A stretch of DNA of 64,000 nt from positions 1 through 64,000 of the forward strand of contig NIVC01002580.1 in the NCBI GenBank assembly GCA_002269645.1, read 5' to 3'. This DNA comes from Macrostomum lignano (Eukaryota). The notes below the pieces were generated by a model. The model made no database searches. It was given only the letters and a program-made list of their open reading frames with translations, and was not told the origin of the DNA. Position 1 is the first letter of the stretch. Each line of letters opens with the position of its first letter. Below are positions 42,658 to 56,442 of this stretch, piece after piece. The position numbers were made by a program, and so were the translations under genes.

Positions 42658-43424
42658 ACTAAATGCGATATTATATATTTAGCCTAGTTTTCCTGTTTTA
42701 AAGCTAATTCTAGCTAAATTCTAGATTCTAGTCCGACACTACACTGAGAGTACAACAGGCCAGGAAACTAATGTATACTTTGATAAATAATGCAGCTATA
42801 GATAGCATAGACTAAAAAAGTCAAAAACTCAATCTTCCCTAATTGACAGCCACAGCCGAACTATTAATGCATTAAGTGAGGAGAGAACTCCCAATTAGAG
42901 TTGTGTAAATGCACTTTTCCCTTCGTTAGTCTCGAACTGAATCTGCAAGAATTGGAAATGGGACGGGTCCTGCAATGAGGTTGCAATAGGAAAATTAATT
43001 GAGAACGATAAATACTAATGGGATCGCGAGAACAGATTTCATGTGAAAATGTCCGCCTTCGCGGCTTCGGATTTTCATTCTGTGCCATCAGACTGTCACA
43101 GGCGCTTCCGCTTTTGCGATTCAAATGATGATAAAGGCGTCACAGCTCTTTTGGCCGAAATTGCGCAAATCAATCGCCATTGGTAGATTATTTATCAGCT
43201 TTTGTTTATGATGCAGTGCCGATGCCGATAATGCAGAACAGCCAAAGCTGCATAAGCTTCATTATTATAGAAATTGTGAAACTTTTTACTTTCAACAATA
43301 ATGCGCTTGATATATCACTCATTTATCGATCTGTTGATGCGCTCAGGGCGTATATATTTATTGTAAATAATTGGTTGATTGAATGAATGATTTATTGATT
43401 GAGCGGTTAATTAAATGAGCGAAC

Positions 43425-43540
43425 GACGATTGATTGATTGCATGACTGATCGATTGATTGCTTGACTGATTGATTGATTGACTGATTGATTGATTGCTTG
43501 ACTGATCTATTGATTGACTGATTGATTGATTGATTGATTA
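43425..43540. repeat. (GATT)n microsatellite
   Basis: Imperfect tetranucleotide run. Confidence 0.85.
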
Positions 43541-43882
43541 ACTGAATCGCTTGTTAACTGTTTAATAATGATGATGATAGAGAAACAGTCAAAAGTAATT
43601 GATTTCAAATAGAAAATGCCACGTCCTTACAAAAGTGTTTTGTGCTCCATATTGAAGTGCTTATTTGTCCTAGGGATTAGGAATGAACTTTAAAAGATTT
43701 AGGGAAACTCAACACCAATCCGAGATGCTCATTTGGTCAGCTGTATTAACTCAACTGCTCTTTGAGTTTTTTCCTCTTCGCATTTCATTATTTATGAAGC
43801 TCTCTGATTTTATGCTGTATTTTTTCGCCGCAGTTGGAAACTCTGTTTCATCTGTGGACTGCGAACTCCTGCTCGTGATCAG

Positions 43883-44290
43883 CTCCCTCTCCCCTCTTCC
43901 CCTCCCCTCTCCCCCTCCCACTCTCTTCATCTCTACCTCTCTTTCATCCGCCTCTCTCCCCTCCGCCTCTCTGCCTTTCGCCTCTCTCCCTGTCTCCCTT
44001 CTACCTCTCTCCAGTCTAACTAACTAAGTCTAACCCTTCTCCATCTCTCCCCTCTCCCTCTCCCTTCTCCCTCTCTCCCTTCTCCATCTCTCCCTTCTCC
44101 TTCTCTCCCTTCTTCTTCTCTCCCTTCTCCTTCTCTCCCTTCTCCCTCTCTCTCTTCTCCCTCTCTCCCCTCTCCCTCTCTCCCTCTCCCTCTCTCCCCT
44201 CTCCCTCTCTCCCCTCTCCCTCTCTCCTCTTCTCTCCTCTCTACCTCTCTCCATCTATACCGTTTCCTTTCTCTCCCTCCCCCTCTCTTC
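43883..44290. repeat. CT-rich polypyrimidine low-complexity tract
   Basis: Almost pure C/T with a short interruption near 44010-44030. Confidence 0.85.
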
Positions 44291-44668
44291 TGCACACACT
44301 GCGTCAGTTTTGCATTCAGCATAGCAACACAGAGAGATGAACCTGAATTGCAGTCGATGGTAGTCAATAGTAACTCTTGCACTGCAAATAAAGTCACTGG
44401 AGGAGAGAATTGAAAAAAATTGAAAATGTAACGCAGAAAAACTGCAGCATATATTATATATGCCTCGATCCTTCGCTTACAAACAAACGATGGCCCAGTT
44501 CAAATCCCCTCCGCTGTGCCGCCTGTCTCTCCGCGCTAGAAAGTCAGTTTTTATCCCAATGCTACGGATTTTGTATTCCTTCATTCCTTCTCAATTCTGT
44601 TGTTATTTACATATTGCAATACAGCCTTTTGCTTGTACTGCCTGCGGGAAGGATTATGAGGCACTCAC

Positions 44669-44726
44669 CGCTGTAGTGGACACATATGAACGGGTGTGAC
44701 AGGGGGTCTTGCTGTTCTGCTAGAAG
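44669..44726 (-). CDS. Candidate small N-terminal exon of the stomatin gene
   Basis: CG|GTGAGT donor at 44668. The acceptor at 44727 gives a phase 1 to phase 2 exon bridging 49295 and 34530 in frame. An alternative TAG acceptor (exon start 44719) gives a symmetric 51-nt phase-1 cassette. The pyrimidine tract is weak and the call rests on phase only. Confidence 0.25.
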
Positions 44727-44844
44727 CTGTGAAGCCTGCGTTTTTTTGAGGAAATCCAGGATTACTGCATTGTGCAGATTACAGTTCTGGATCAGAAGAG
44801 ATTAGATCTGTTGGGGAGAAGTGATTAAAAATATAGATAAGAGA

Positions 44845-46794
44845 GATTAGACTTGTGAATGGGTGACTAGATTTGTGAATGGGTGACTAGATTTGTGAAT
44901 GGGTGATTAGATTTGTGAATGGGTGATTAGATTTGTGAATGGGTGATTAGATTTGTGAATGGGTGATTAGATTTGTGAATGGGTGACTAGATTTGTGAAT
45001 GGGTGATTAGATTTTTGAATGGGTGACTAGATTTGTGAATGGGTGGTTAGATTTTTGAATGGGTGATTAGATTTTTGAATGGGTGCCTAGATTTGTGAAT
45101 GGGTGATTAGATTTGTGAATGGGTGATTAGATTTGTGAATGGGTGATTAGATTTGTGAATGGGTGATTAGATTTGTGAATGGGTGATTAGATTTGTGAAT
45201 GGGTGATTAGATTTGTGAATGGGTGATTAGATTTGTGAATGGGTGATTAGATTTGTGAATGGGTGATTAGATTTGTGAATGGGTGACTAGATTTGTGAAT
45301 GGGTGATTAGATTTTTGAATGGGTGACTAGATTTGTGAATGGGTGATTAGATTTTTGAATGGGTGATTAGATTTTTGAATGGGTGCCTAGATTTGTGAAT
45401 GGGTGATTAGATTTTTGAATGGGTGATTAGATTTTTGAATGGGTGCCTAGATTTGTGAATGGGTGATTAGATTTTTGAATGGGTGATTAGATTTTTGAAT
45501 GGGTGCCTAGATTTGTGAATGGGTGATTAGATTTGTGAATGGGTGATTAGATTTGTGAATGGGTGCCTAGATTTGTGAATGGGTGACTAGATTTTTGAAT
45601 GGGTGATTAGATTTTTGAATGGGTGCCTAGATTTTTGAATGGGTGATTAGATTTTTGAATGGGTGCCTAGATTTGTGAATGGGTGATTAGATTTGTGAAT
45701 GGGTGATTAGATTTGTGAATGGGTGATTAGATTTTTGAATGGGTGACTAGATTTGTGAATGGGTGATTAGATTTTTGAATGGGTGATTAGATTTGTGAAT
45801 GGGTGATTAGATTTGTGAATGGGTGATTAGATTTGTGAATGGGTGATTAGATTTGTGAATGGGTGACTAGATTTGTGAATGGGTGATTAGATTTGTGAAT
45901 GGGTGACTAGATTTGTGAATGGGTGATTAGATTTGTGAATGGGTGATTAGATTTGTGAATGGGTGACTAGATTTGTGAATGGGTGATTAGATTTTTGAAT
46001 GGGTGACTAGATTTGTGAATGGGTGGTTAGATTTTTGAATGGGTGATTAGATTTTTGAATGGGTGCCTAGATTTGTGAATGGGTGATTAGATTTGTGAAT
46101 GGGTGATTAGATTTGTGAATGGGTGATTAGATTTGTGAATGGGTGATTAGATTTGTGAATGGGTGATTAGATTTGTGAATGGGTGATTAGATTTGTGAAT
46201 GGGTGATTAGATTTGTGAATGGGTGATTAGATTTGTGAATGGGTGATTAGATTTGTGAATGGGTGACTAGATTTGTGAATGGGTGATTAGATTTTTGAAT
46301 GGGTGACTAGATTTGTGAATGGGTGATTAGATTTTTGAATGGGTGATTAGATTTTTGAATGGGTGCCTAGATTTGTGAATGGGTGATTAGATTTTTGAAT
46401 GGGTGATTAGATTTTTGAATGGGTGCCTAGATTTGTGAATGGGTGATTAGATTTTTGAATGGGTGATTAGATTTTTGAATGGGTGCCTAGATTTGTGAAT
46501 GGGTGATTAGATTTGTGAATGGGTGATTAGATTTGTGAATGGGTGCCTAGATTTGTGAATGGGTGACTAGATTTGTTAATGGGTGATTAGATTTGTGAAT
46601 GGGTGATTAGATTTGTGAATGGGTGCCTAGATTTGTGAATGGGTGACTAGATTTTTGAATGGGTGATTAGATTTGTGAATGGGTGACTAGATTTGTTAAT
46701 GGGTGATTAGATTTGTGAATGGGTGATTAGATTTGTGAATGGGTGCCTAGATTTGTGAATGGGTGATTAGATTTGTGAATGGGTGATTAGATTT
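44845..46794. repeat. 20-bp minisatellite, about 97 copies
   Basis: Unit AGATTT(G/T)TGAATGGGTG(ATT/ACT/CCT), with no indels across about 1.95 kb. Confidence 0.98.
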
Positions 46795-47419
46795 CCAGAT
46801 CATGGAGATTAGATACGTGGATGAGGCAGACTCGAGTTTAGGGAGATAATATATGGAAAATCGTATTTGTTAATTGTGGAGATGTGTGACTTAAATAAGG
46901 GTTAATATTATATGCATACCTAACTAAATGCATAACCAACTATAATACACCCCCTCATCCGAGATGCATTGTCAGCCTCTCATACTATGGCAGTTTTGCA
47001 CAAACATGACAAGCCCTCCAGACTGCCCCCTCCCCGGCCTCTGGGCAGCCTGGCTGATCAATCCATGCGAGCGCTCTCTCTCTCCGATTGAGGAAGGCCC
47101 GGGGACAAGGCATTGTTTAAATGGAGGCCATAAAAATCACCCGGCCTAAACCCACCTCCAATTAAGTGCCAGATGCGCTGCTGGCCTGAGAGGGGGGTTA
47201 AAACCCTGAGCTCATCCCCAATAGATCACCAAATGATGCCTGGCTGCCTGCAATACCATATAACATTGGTAGATATGGTTGACACTGTACAGCCACCGAT
47301 AGCACTCTTGCAGAAACTTAGCACCGGGTGCGACTTGCGCTCCATCTTGACCCCTGAGGGAATTCATAGTCTGGCTTTGAGAGCACTTTATTTATTAAAT
47401 GTTTTTCATTCATACTCCT

Positions 47420-48012
47420 GACTGTCTGAACTTCTGACTCTCTCAACCCCTGACTCTCTCAAACCCTGACTCTCTCAACCCCTGACTCTCTCAAACCCTG
47501 ACTCTTTCAACCCCTGACTCTCTCAAACCCTGACTCTCTCAACCTCTGACTCTCTCAAACCCTGACTCTCTCAACCTCTGACTCTCTCAACCTCTGACTC
47601 TCTCAATCCCTGACTCTCTCAACCCCTGAATCTCTCAATCCCTGACTCTCTCAACCCCTGAATCTCTCAACCTCTGACTCTCTCAACTTCTGACTCTCTC
47701 AACCCCTGACTCTCTCAACCCCTGACTCTCTCAACCCCTGACTCTCTCAACCCCTGACTCTCTCAACCCCTGACTCTCTCAACCCCTGACTCTCTCAACC
47801 CCTGACTCTCTCAACCCCTGACTCTCTCAACCCCTGACTCTCTCAACCCCTGACTCTCTCAACCCCTGACTCTTCCAACCCCTAAATCTCTCAACCCATG
47901 ACTCTTTCAACCCCTGACTCTCTCAACCCCTGACTCTCTCAACCCCTGACTCTTCCAACCCCTGAATCTCTCAACCCATGACTCTTCCAACCCTGAATCT
48001 CCCAACCCCTGA
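47420..48012. repeat. 17-bp minisatellite
   Basis: Unit CTGACTCTCTCAACCCC. Confidence 0.94.
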
Positions 48013-48566
48013 TGAAAAAACACGGGGTAATGTACTTGACTCTAAGCTAGCTTACAATGAAGACATCGGGTGAAAACAGTCAAGCAAACTCCACTCCAAC
48101 ACCCGCATGTGGTTCGCCAAAAAATTCGAATTACATCAAAATCGACCGCCCACAGATGCTACTGACACATCACCGCCCCATAGTTTGTGAGGAAAACATT
48201 TCGGCAAAAGCATTTTCCCCTATCGTACCATTCAGGCCGCGGGCTTGCTTTTTTCTTCCCTTGTGGAATTGTCAGAAAACCCTCTTTCTCCTTGAATCTG
48301 ATACCGCAGAAACACGTGCGGTCTCGGTGGCTGCGGGATGCCTGCCAGGTGCTCGACTATAGCGCGAAATTGGCTCTAGCTATAAGGCTTATAGAGCCAT
48401 TTCAGTTAGAAGTACTTTCTGTTCTTAATCTCACTCTCTCAGCTGCACCGTGCACTCACTTATCTCACTCACGTGGTCTCACTTTGAACCCGACTTCTCG
48501 TGTCTAATTCCGTTTGGTTAATACTGCTTGTGTTTGTCTTACCTGCTGGGGTTCTTGTCTTACAGC

Positions 48567-49215
48567 GTCCCTTATCCTATCTCAGCTGTGTCCCTTATCC
48601 CATCTCTGTGTCCCTTATCGCATCTCTGTGTCCCTGATCCCATCTCTGTGTCCCTTACCCTATCTCTGTGTCCCTTATCCCATCTCCATGTCCCTGATCC
48701 CATCTCTGTGTCCCTTATCCCATCTCCATGTCCCTGATCCCATCTCCTGTCCATTATCTCATCTCTTATCCCTATTCCAACATCTTATCTCTCTGTCTCT
48801 CATCTTATCTCTCTGTCTCTCATCTTATCTCTCTGTCTCTCATCTTATCTCTCTGTCTCTCATCTTATCTCTCTGTCTCTCATCTTATCTCTCTGTCTCT
48901 CATCTTATCTCTCTGTCTCTCATCTTATCTCTCTGTCTCTCATCTTATCTCTCTGTCTCTCATCTTATCTCTCTGTCTCTCATCTTATCTCTCTGTCTGT
49001 CATCTTATCTCTCTGTCTCTCATCTTATCTCTCTGTCTCTCATCTTATCTCTCTGTCTCTCATCTTATCTCTCTGTCTCTCATCTTATCTCTCTGTCTCT
49101 CATCTTATCTCTCTGTCTCTCATCTTATCTCTCTGTCTCTCATCTTATCTCTCTGTCTCTCATCTTATCTCTCTGTCTCTCATCTTATCTCTCTGTCGCT
49201 CATTTTATCTCTCTG
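48567..49215. repeat. Two adjacent 20-bp pyrimidine-rich minisatellites
   Basis: TCCCTTATCCCATCTCTGTG-type units followed by near-perfect CATCTTATCTCTCTGTCTCT units. Confidence 0.93.
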
Positions 49216-49294
49216 CCCTTTAACTCATCACTGTCTTTCAAAACCATCTTAGCACCAGGCAAAACCCGATCAAATGCTGCAGTAAGAAACTTAC

Positions 49295-49439
49295 CCAGCA
49301 GATCAATCTGAGGATCAACCACAGAGTACTTTCTCAATCTGGTGTGCTGCTGCTGCTGCCTCTGGGGTGGAGACTCCGAGCTGTCATTGTCATCACTGCC
49401 GTCTTTCATCACAACTACCGAGCCTTTAGCCGTGGTCAT
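49295..49439 (-). CDS. Candidate first coding exon of the stomatin gene
   Basis: ATG at 49439 with an in-frame TAG two codons upstream. Open frame MTTAKGSVVVMKDGSDDNDSSESPPQRQQQQHTRLRKYSVVDPQIDLL, then a strong phase-1 G|GTAAGT donor compatible with the 30381 acceptor (313-aa product if spliced directly). Confidence 0.45.
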
Positions 49440-49794
49440 TGCCTATTGACTATTGCTTAGCGAACGACTATTTGATGCACTTTTGATAGGGTTCAGTGGG
49501 ACTAGCTAGGCACGTTGAGAAGGCAGAGTCCATTCTCTCCGGGATTTTCTAGATTTCTAGATTTCTGGTCCTCTGGACGATGTGGTAGGGCTAGGGCTGG
49601 CCAATCAGCTGGGGTGGCGTGCTGCACCCAATACCCTGCACTGCCGATCTGTGGAACTGCCGCGAGATGCGCTACTGGCATAGCAAAGTAGTGTGGCTAG
49701 AAAATATTCGACTATTCTAATGGAGACAAAACTTCCCGGCTAAAAGTAAACTATGAATACTTCTTCTCATGATCTTAGAGCACCTTGTCTCTTA

Positions 49795-50881
49795 CCCCTC
49801 TGGACACCTATCTGGACACTCATCTAAACACCCATCTAGACACATTCTAGACACCCATTAAGACACCAATCTAGACACTATCTAGACACCCATTTAGACA
49901 ACTATCTAGATACGCATCTAAACATCTATATATCTATTTAGACACCCATCTAGACACCCATCTAGACACCCATCTATATGCCAATCAAGACATCTATAAT
50001 CCAGACACCAATGTAGGCACTAATCTAGACACCCATCTAGACACCAATCTAGGCACTAATCTAGACACCCATCTAGACACCCATCTAAATGCCAATCAAG
50101 ACATCTATAATCCAGACACCAATGTAGGCACTAATCTAGACACCCATCTAGACACCAATCTAGGCACTAATCTAGACACCCATCTAGACACCCATCTAGA
50201 CACCCATCTAGACACTTATCTAGATACCCATCTAGACACCCATCTAGACACCCATCTAGACACCAATCTAGGCACTAATCTAGACACTAATCTAGACACC
50301 CATCTAGACACCAATCTAGGCACTAATCTAGACACCCATCTAGACACCCATCTAGACACCCATCTAGACACCAATCTAGGCACTAATCTAGACACCCATC
50401 TAGACACCCATCTAGACACCCATCTAGACACCAATCTAGACACCCATCTAGACACCCATCTAGACACCCATCTAGACACTTATATAGATACCCATCTAGA
50501 CACCCAGACACCCATCTAGACACTTATCTAGATACCCATCTAGACACTCAGACACCCATCTAGACACCCATCTAGACACTTATCTAGACACCCATCTAGA
50601 CACCCAGACACCCATCTAGACACCCATCTAGACACCCAGACACCCATCTAGACACCCATCTAGACACCCATCTAGACACCCAGACACTCATCTAGACACC
50701 CATCTAGACACTTATCTAGATACCCATCTAGACACTCAGACACCCATCTAGACACCCATCTAGACACCAATCTAGGCACTAATCTAGACACCCAGACACC
50801 CATCTAGACACCCATCTAGACACTTATCTAGATACCCTTCTAGACACCCATCTAGACACCCATCTAGACACCCATCTAGAC
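49795..50881. repeat. 12-bp minisatellite
   Basis: Unit ACACCCATCTAG with ACCAATCTAGGC/ACTAATCTAG variants. Confidence 0.94.
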
Positions 50882-51517
50882 AGCTAGCCGTCTAGAAACA
50901 TTCAATTATTCTATAGGATTCAAGCAAATCGAGTAAAATTAATGCATTTTCAGTTATATACAAAGTGCTACGAGCTAACATAAGAATAGATTGAAGACGA
51001 ATCTTGATGACCTGGACAGAAAAAAAGTCGCCTAAAAGTCACGAAGGCCAACAGAAATGCTGATGGAAATTCTCTGTGGACTCCATAAGAATCTCTACAA
51101 TTCTTAGCGTTTGGTTTCGCAAAATGTACACGCAAATTCGTTTTGTTCATAGCCGACTTTATTAAGATTTCTATACACACCCTGAAACAGCTGTTATACT
51201 GTTGGCAAAACCTGTGCCCCTACCGTACCTAGACAGTCTGTCCACAATGTCTTCTTGTCTTAACCTCTGCGTTTAAATGCTCCTACCAAAGGCTGTCACT
51301 GATGGTTGGGTATGCATTTTCCAGACTCGATTCTGTGATTGATGTATGGCAACACACATTTAGTTGCGTAGGGGTTATTACCCGTTCATACTGACTGCCG
51401 GTGATTGATTAGTCATAGGTACCTTTAGCAAGCAGAGGGTATCGGGGTCCTGAAGTCCTACTGAGTCATACATTCTGTAGCGAGAATCAAGCGAACTGAG
51501 TTCTCCGCATCCTGAGT

Positions 51518-52466
51518 CAAGCGCTACTGATCCTGAATCAAGCGCTACTCATCCTGAATCAAGCACCACTGATCCTGAACCAAGCGCTACTGATCCTGAA
51601 CCAAGCGCTACTGATCCTGAATCAAGCACCACTGATCCTGAACCAAGCGCTACTGATCCTGAATCAAGCGCTACTCATCCTGAATCAAGCACCACTGATC
51701 CTGAACCAAGCGCTACTGATCCTGAACCAAGCGCTACTCATCCTGAATCAAGCACCACTGATCCTGAATCAAGGACTACTGATCCCGAATCAAGCACCAC
51801 TGATACTGAATCAAGCGCTACTGATCCCGAATCAAGCGCTACTGATCCTGAACCAAGCATCGCTGATCCTGAACCAAGCGCTACTGATTCTGAACCAAGC
51901 GCTACTGATCCTGAACCAAGCGCTACTGATCCTGAACCAAGCGCTACTGATCCTGAACCAAGCATCGCTGATCCTGAATCAAGCGCTACTGATCCTGAAT
52001 CAAGCGCTACTGATCCTGAATCAAGCGCTACTGATCCTGAACCAAGCATCGCTGATCCTGAACCAAGCATCGCTGATCCTGAATCAAGCGCTACTGATCC
52101 TGAATCAAGCGCTACTGATCCTGAATCAAGCGCTACTGATCCTGAATCAAGCGCTACTGATCCTGAACCAAGCGCTACTGATCCTGAACCAAGCGCTACT
52201 GATCCTGAACCAAGCGCTACTGATCCTGAACCAAGCGCTACTGATCCTGAACCAAGCGCTACTGATCCTGAATCAAGGACTACTGATCCCGAATCAAGCG
52301 CTACTGATCCCGAATCAAGCACCACAGATACTGAATCAAGCGCTACTGATCCCGAATCAAGCGCTACTGATCCTGAACCAAGCGCTACTGATCCTGAACC
52401 AAGCGCTACTGATCCTGAACCAAGCGCTACTGATCCTGAACCAAGCATCGCTGATCATGAATCAAG
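51518..52466. repeat. 21-bp minisatellite
   Basis: Unit ACTGATCCTGAA(C/T)CAAGCGCT. Confidence 0.96.
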
Positions 52467-52559
52467 CGACCTGAGTTATCCAAATCTTTAATCAGCTACC
52501 CTGTGTCCTAAAGCAAGCACCTATACTTTGAGTCAAGCGCTATTTTTCCTGAATCAAAC

Positions 52560-53065
52560 GGTAATTTTTCAGAATCAAGCAACCCGAATCGTGAATCAAG
52601 CCACCCGAATTCTGAATCAAGCAACCCCGAATCCAGAATCAAGCAACCCGAATCGTGAATCAAGCAACCCCGAATCCAGAATGAAGCAACCCCGAATCCA
52701 GAATAAAGCAACCCCGAATCCAGAATCAAGCAACCCCGAATCCAGAATCAAGCAACCCGAATCCAGAATCAAGCAACCCCGAATCCAGAATCAAGCAACC
52801 CGAATCGTGAATCAAGCAACCCCGAATCCAGAATGAAGCAACCCCGAATCCAGAATGAAGCAACCCCGAATCCAGAATCAAGCAACCCGAATCCAGAATC
52901 AAGCAACCCGAATCGTGAATCAAGCAACCCCGAATCCAAAATGAAGCAACCCCGAATCCAGAATCAAGCAACCCCGAATCCAGAATGAAGCAACCCCGAA
53001 TCCAGAATGAAGCAACCCCGAATCCAGAATGAAGCAACCCCGAATCCTGAATAAAGCAGCCCTAA
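52560..53065. repeat. 21-22-bp minisatellite
   Basis: Unit AAGCAACCCCGAATCCAGAAT(C/G). Confidence 0.92.
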
Positions 53066-54322
53066 TCCTGATTCAATAGCACTCACGATAATCCTTATAT
53101 TCAAACTTCTGCTTTTCCTCGTGATCTGCTGTCATGATTGATTTTCGTAATCACTTGCGATTGCACGCTTCTAATCTCAGAGTGGGAAAAATTTGGTAGA
53201 AACGGAAGAGCGGTGAAGAGCGATAGAAATCAATGTGGTTCCGCTTAAAACCATATCTGGTAAAAATATGCCACACGGAGCATAGGGTCACCAGCTCTCG
53301 ATTCTGATTGGCTGCCAGAATACTGCAGTACCGCACAGACCAGTGCCGCCCACCCACCCCCAGATATATGGTGTTCGAATAGGGAATATGTGTAAATATG
53401 CTTGTGTGTGTATGTTATACTGTACCCCTCCCAACCTAGATCGGACAAATTTTTATTCCCCATTTTCCCCATCTGGGGTAGGAAAGAGCTACTGCATGGG
53501 TAGCGGGAAAGTCAGGAATATGTTGTTGATGCTGGCGGCACTTTACAGTTGTGCAGACTGACCGAGGTAAAAATATCGAGGAGGGGGGGCCTTGGCGTGT
53601 GTAGTTCTTACGCGCGCGTGCGTGGACTTCTAAAAATATTAGACATCCGGATTGGATTGCTCAATGTTAAGCGCATCCGAGTCTCGCACAACAACCATTG
53701 GTTGGGCCTCATTATTTTGCACGCCTGTAGTTGCTCAGAAGTCAGCGGAATGGGCGGTCCTCGCAGCACTCCAGCAAGTATTTATCTTTTAGAGCAATAC
53801 TGGAAACATTAATTGCTTATAGTTCTTTGAAAGACCCGCCTAAATCAAGTGGTGGCGGCTGCGTTTGATTTTTTGTTTCCTATCCAGACGCATCGATTCT
53901 GAACTCCATGCGGGGCACGGGATCGCGGTGGAGGAGGGTTAAAAATTCCACGAAATCGGATACAGAGGGGCGGTTTCTCTCTGATGACTAATTGGCGCTT
54001 TGCCTCTTCCTCGCGTTCCGTCTCGATCGCTTCCCTCCGGATTGAAATGCGGTGTTGCAATTTTGTTATAAATTTGGCCTCGGGATGGGCCGCTGCGTCA
54101 GTCACTGCATTGGACTGCAGCTCCGGCTGCGGTGGCTCGTATTTTTTGGAAACGAGCTGGAGTGGGGTTTGTCCGCCTGGGCACTTCTGTAAGGGTTGCA
54201 TGCGTTTTGACAAAATCCAGACAGTCCCGTCTGGGTTTGCAAATTGCCATCTGCTGCGCGAATGCACCGTCACTGCGGATTTCTGATTTTATCCTGCATC
54301 CCACTGCAGGACTGGGGGCGGA

Positions 54323-54553
<231 letters not shown>

Positions 54554-54980
54554 ACTACCAAAGGTCGAATGCACAGGCACAGAAAGGGGACGCAGCGCAC
54601 AGCTTTGCCATTCCTAATCCTATACAACCGATCCAGCAGACAAAAGGCAGAGCAATGTTTACGTTAGCCCTGGCTATAGTAGGCAACCCTAAAGCTACGA
54701 AACTATTTACTGGCTAAAAAGAGATCCAGCAGATCGCTCTTATTTCTGTTTCGTTACAGATTATATAGGTTCCTTAATTTTGATTGACAGCCGGGAGACG
54801 GACAGGGGGAATGATTTGGTAAGAGCGGACTTCCTACCAAAGTCAAGGGACAGTTGATCGGGAGCTATTCAATATTTTCTTTATAAATAAGCGTAATACT
54901 GTGCATAATTTACGAACTTAGTACAGTATCCCAATGAAAACTGTAGTGCAACTGTAGTACTGTAGTGTAGTGATAGAACA

Positions 54981-55652
54981 GGGCGCCACTGCGCCAGCAA
55001 CAGGGGCGCCAGCACCAGGGGCGCCAGCACCAGGGGCGCCAGCACCAGGGGCGCCAGCACCAGGGGCGCCAGCACCAGGGGCGCCAGCACCAGGGGCGCC
55101 AGCACCAGGGGCGCCAGCACCAGGGGCGCCAGCACCAGGGGCGCCAGCACCAGGGGCGCCAGCACCAGGGGCGCCAGCACCAGGGGCGCCAGCACCAGGG
55201 GCGCCAGCACCAGGGGCGCCAGCACCAGGGGCGCCAGCACCAGGGGCGCCAGCACCAGGGGCGCCAGCACCAGGGGCGCCAGCACCAGGGGCGCCAGCAC
55301 CAGGGGCGCCAGCACCAAGGGGCGCCAGCACCAGGGGCGCCAGCACCAGGGGCGCCAGCACCAGGGGCGCCAGCACCAGGGGCGCCAGCACCAGGGGCGC
55401 CAGCACCAGGGGCGCCAGCACCAGGGGCGCCAGCACCAGGGGCGCCAGCACCAGGGGCGCCAGCACCAGGGGCGCCAGCACCAGGGGCGCCAGCACCAGG
55501 GGCGCCAGCACCAGGGGCGCCAGCACCAGGGGCGCCAGCACCAGGGGCGCCAGCACCAGGGGCGCCAGCACCAGGGGCGCCAGCACCAGGGGCGCCAGCA
55601 CCAGGGGCGCCAGCACCAGGGGCGCCAGCACCAGGGGCGCCAGCACCAGGGG
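54981..55652. repeat. GC-rich 15-bp minisatellite, about 44 copies
   Basis: Unit GGGGCGCCAGCACCA, near-perfect, with one 1-nt insertion at about 55318. Confidence 0.98.
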
Positions 55653-56442
55653 CCTGAGACATACAACGGGCGCGAAAGCTATCTAAAAACTGTACATAGT
55701 TTTACCAGCCGATTAGGGCAGGCAGCCTGGTTGGCCCCTTGCCTACGCCCTTTGGAACAATTGTTAATAAAATTTCATTGAAAAACAAAAACTAGGTCAG
55801 TAAACTCAAGTAGCTTCAGACTTGTCTTTGGTTATAAAACCCGTTTTTAAACGCGTTTCTTTTGAATAATATAGAAAAATTGTCCAAATTCAAACGACCT
55901 TCAAACTGGAATGCTTGCTTGCAGTGGGCAGTAAAGAAGAGAGCAATAGTTCTAAAGCACGTTCTAACTAAAGCGATATTATTGAAGTCCGGGCATACCC
56001 CTAGACCCCCATCCCCACTCATTCCACCGCCGCACCCACCCAGCCTTTCAAAGCTTTTTACAAACCAACCCCACACTGATAGCGCGTCGTGCCGGGCCAG
56101 AATACAGACACGAACGTACATTCCTGCCCCGCAAATGTACATTCAATCTTTATAGCCAGTTTATGTGTAGGGGGAGAGACGAAATGGAGGAGCCGAATGG
56201 GCGTGGGCGTTACGTAAGACTGCAAAGCTTCGCTCGCTCACCCGTGGCAGGTTGGATATTTTCTATTATAAAATCTACCGACCTCTTCCAAAGCTTTGCC
56301 CACTATAGGGCAATACTAGATGTGAGAGCCGTCAGTTCCAGAGCGGGCTTGTCCCGTCCGATATTGCTTGCTTTGGCGAATTAAGACGCAGATTATTGTT
56401 AGCAGTTATCGCTAAATAATATACTGTTTAAGAATTAATCCA

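Noticed and set aside
44845-46794. Telomere-like repeat
   Set aside because: The unit is 20 bp and contains no TTAGGG or TTAGG run.
53845-54273. 142-aa minus-strand ORF as a further stomatin exon
   Set aside because: It ends in a stop, I found no convincing in-phase donor, and it has no recognisable homology.
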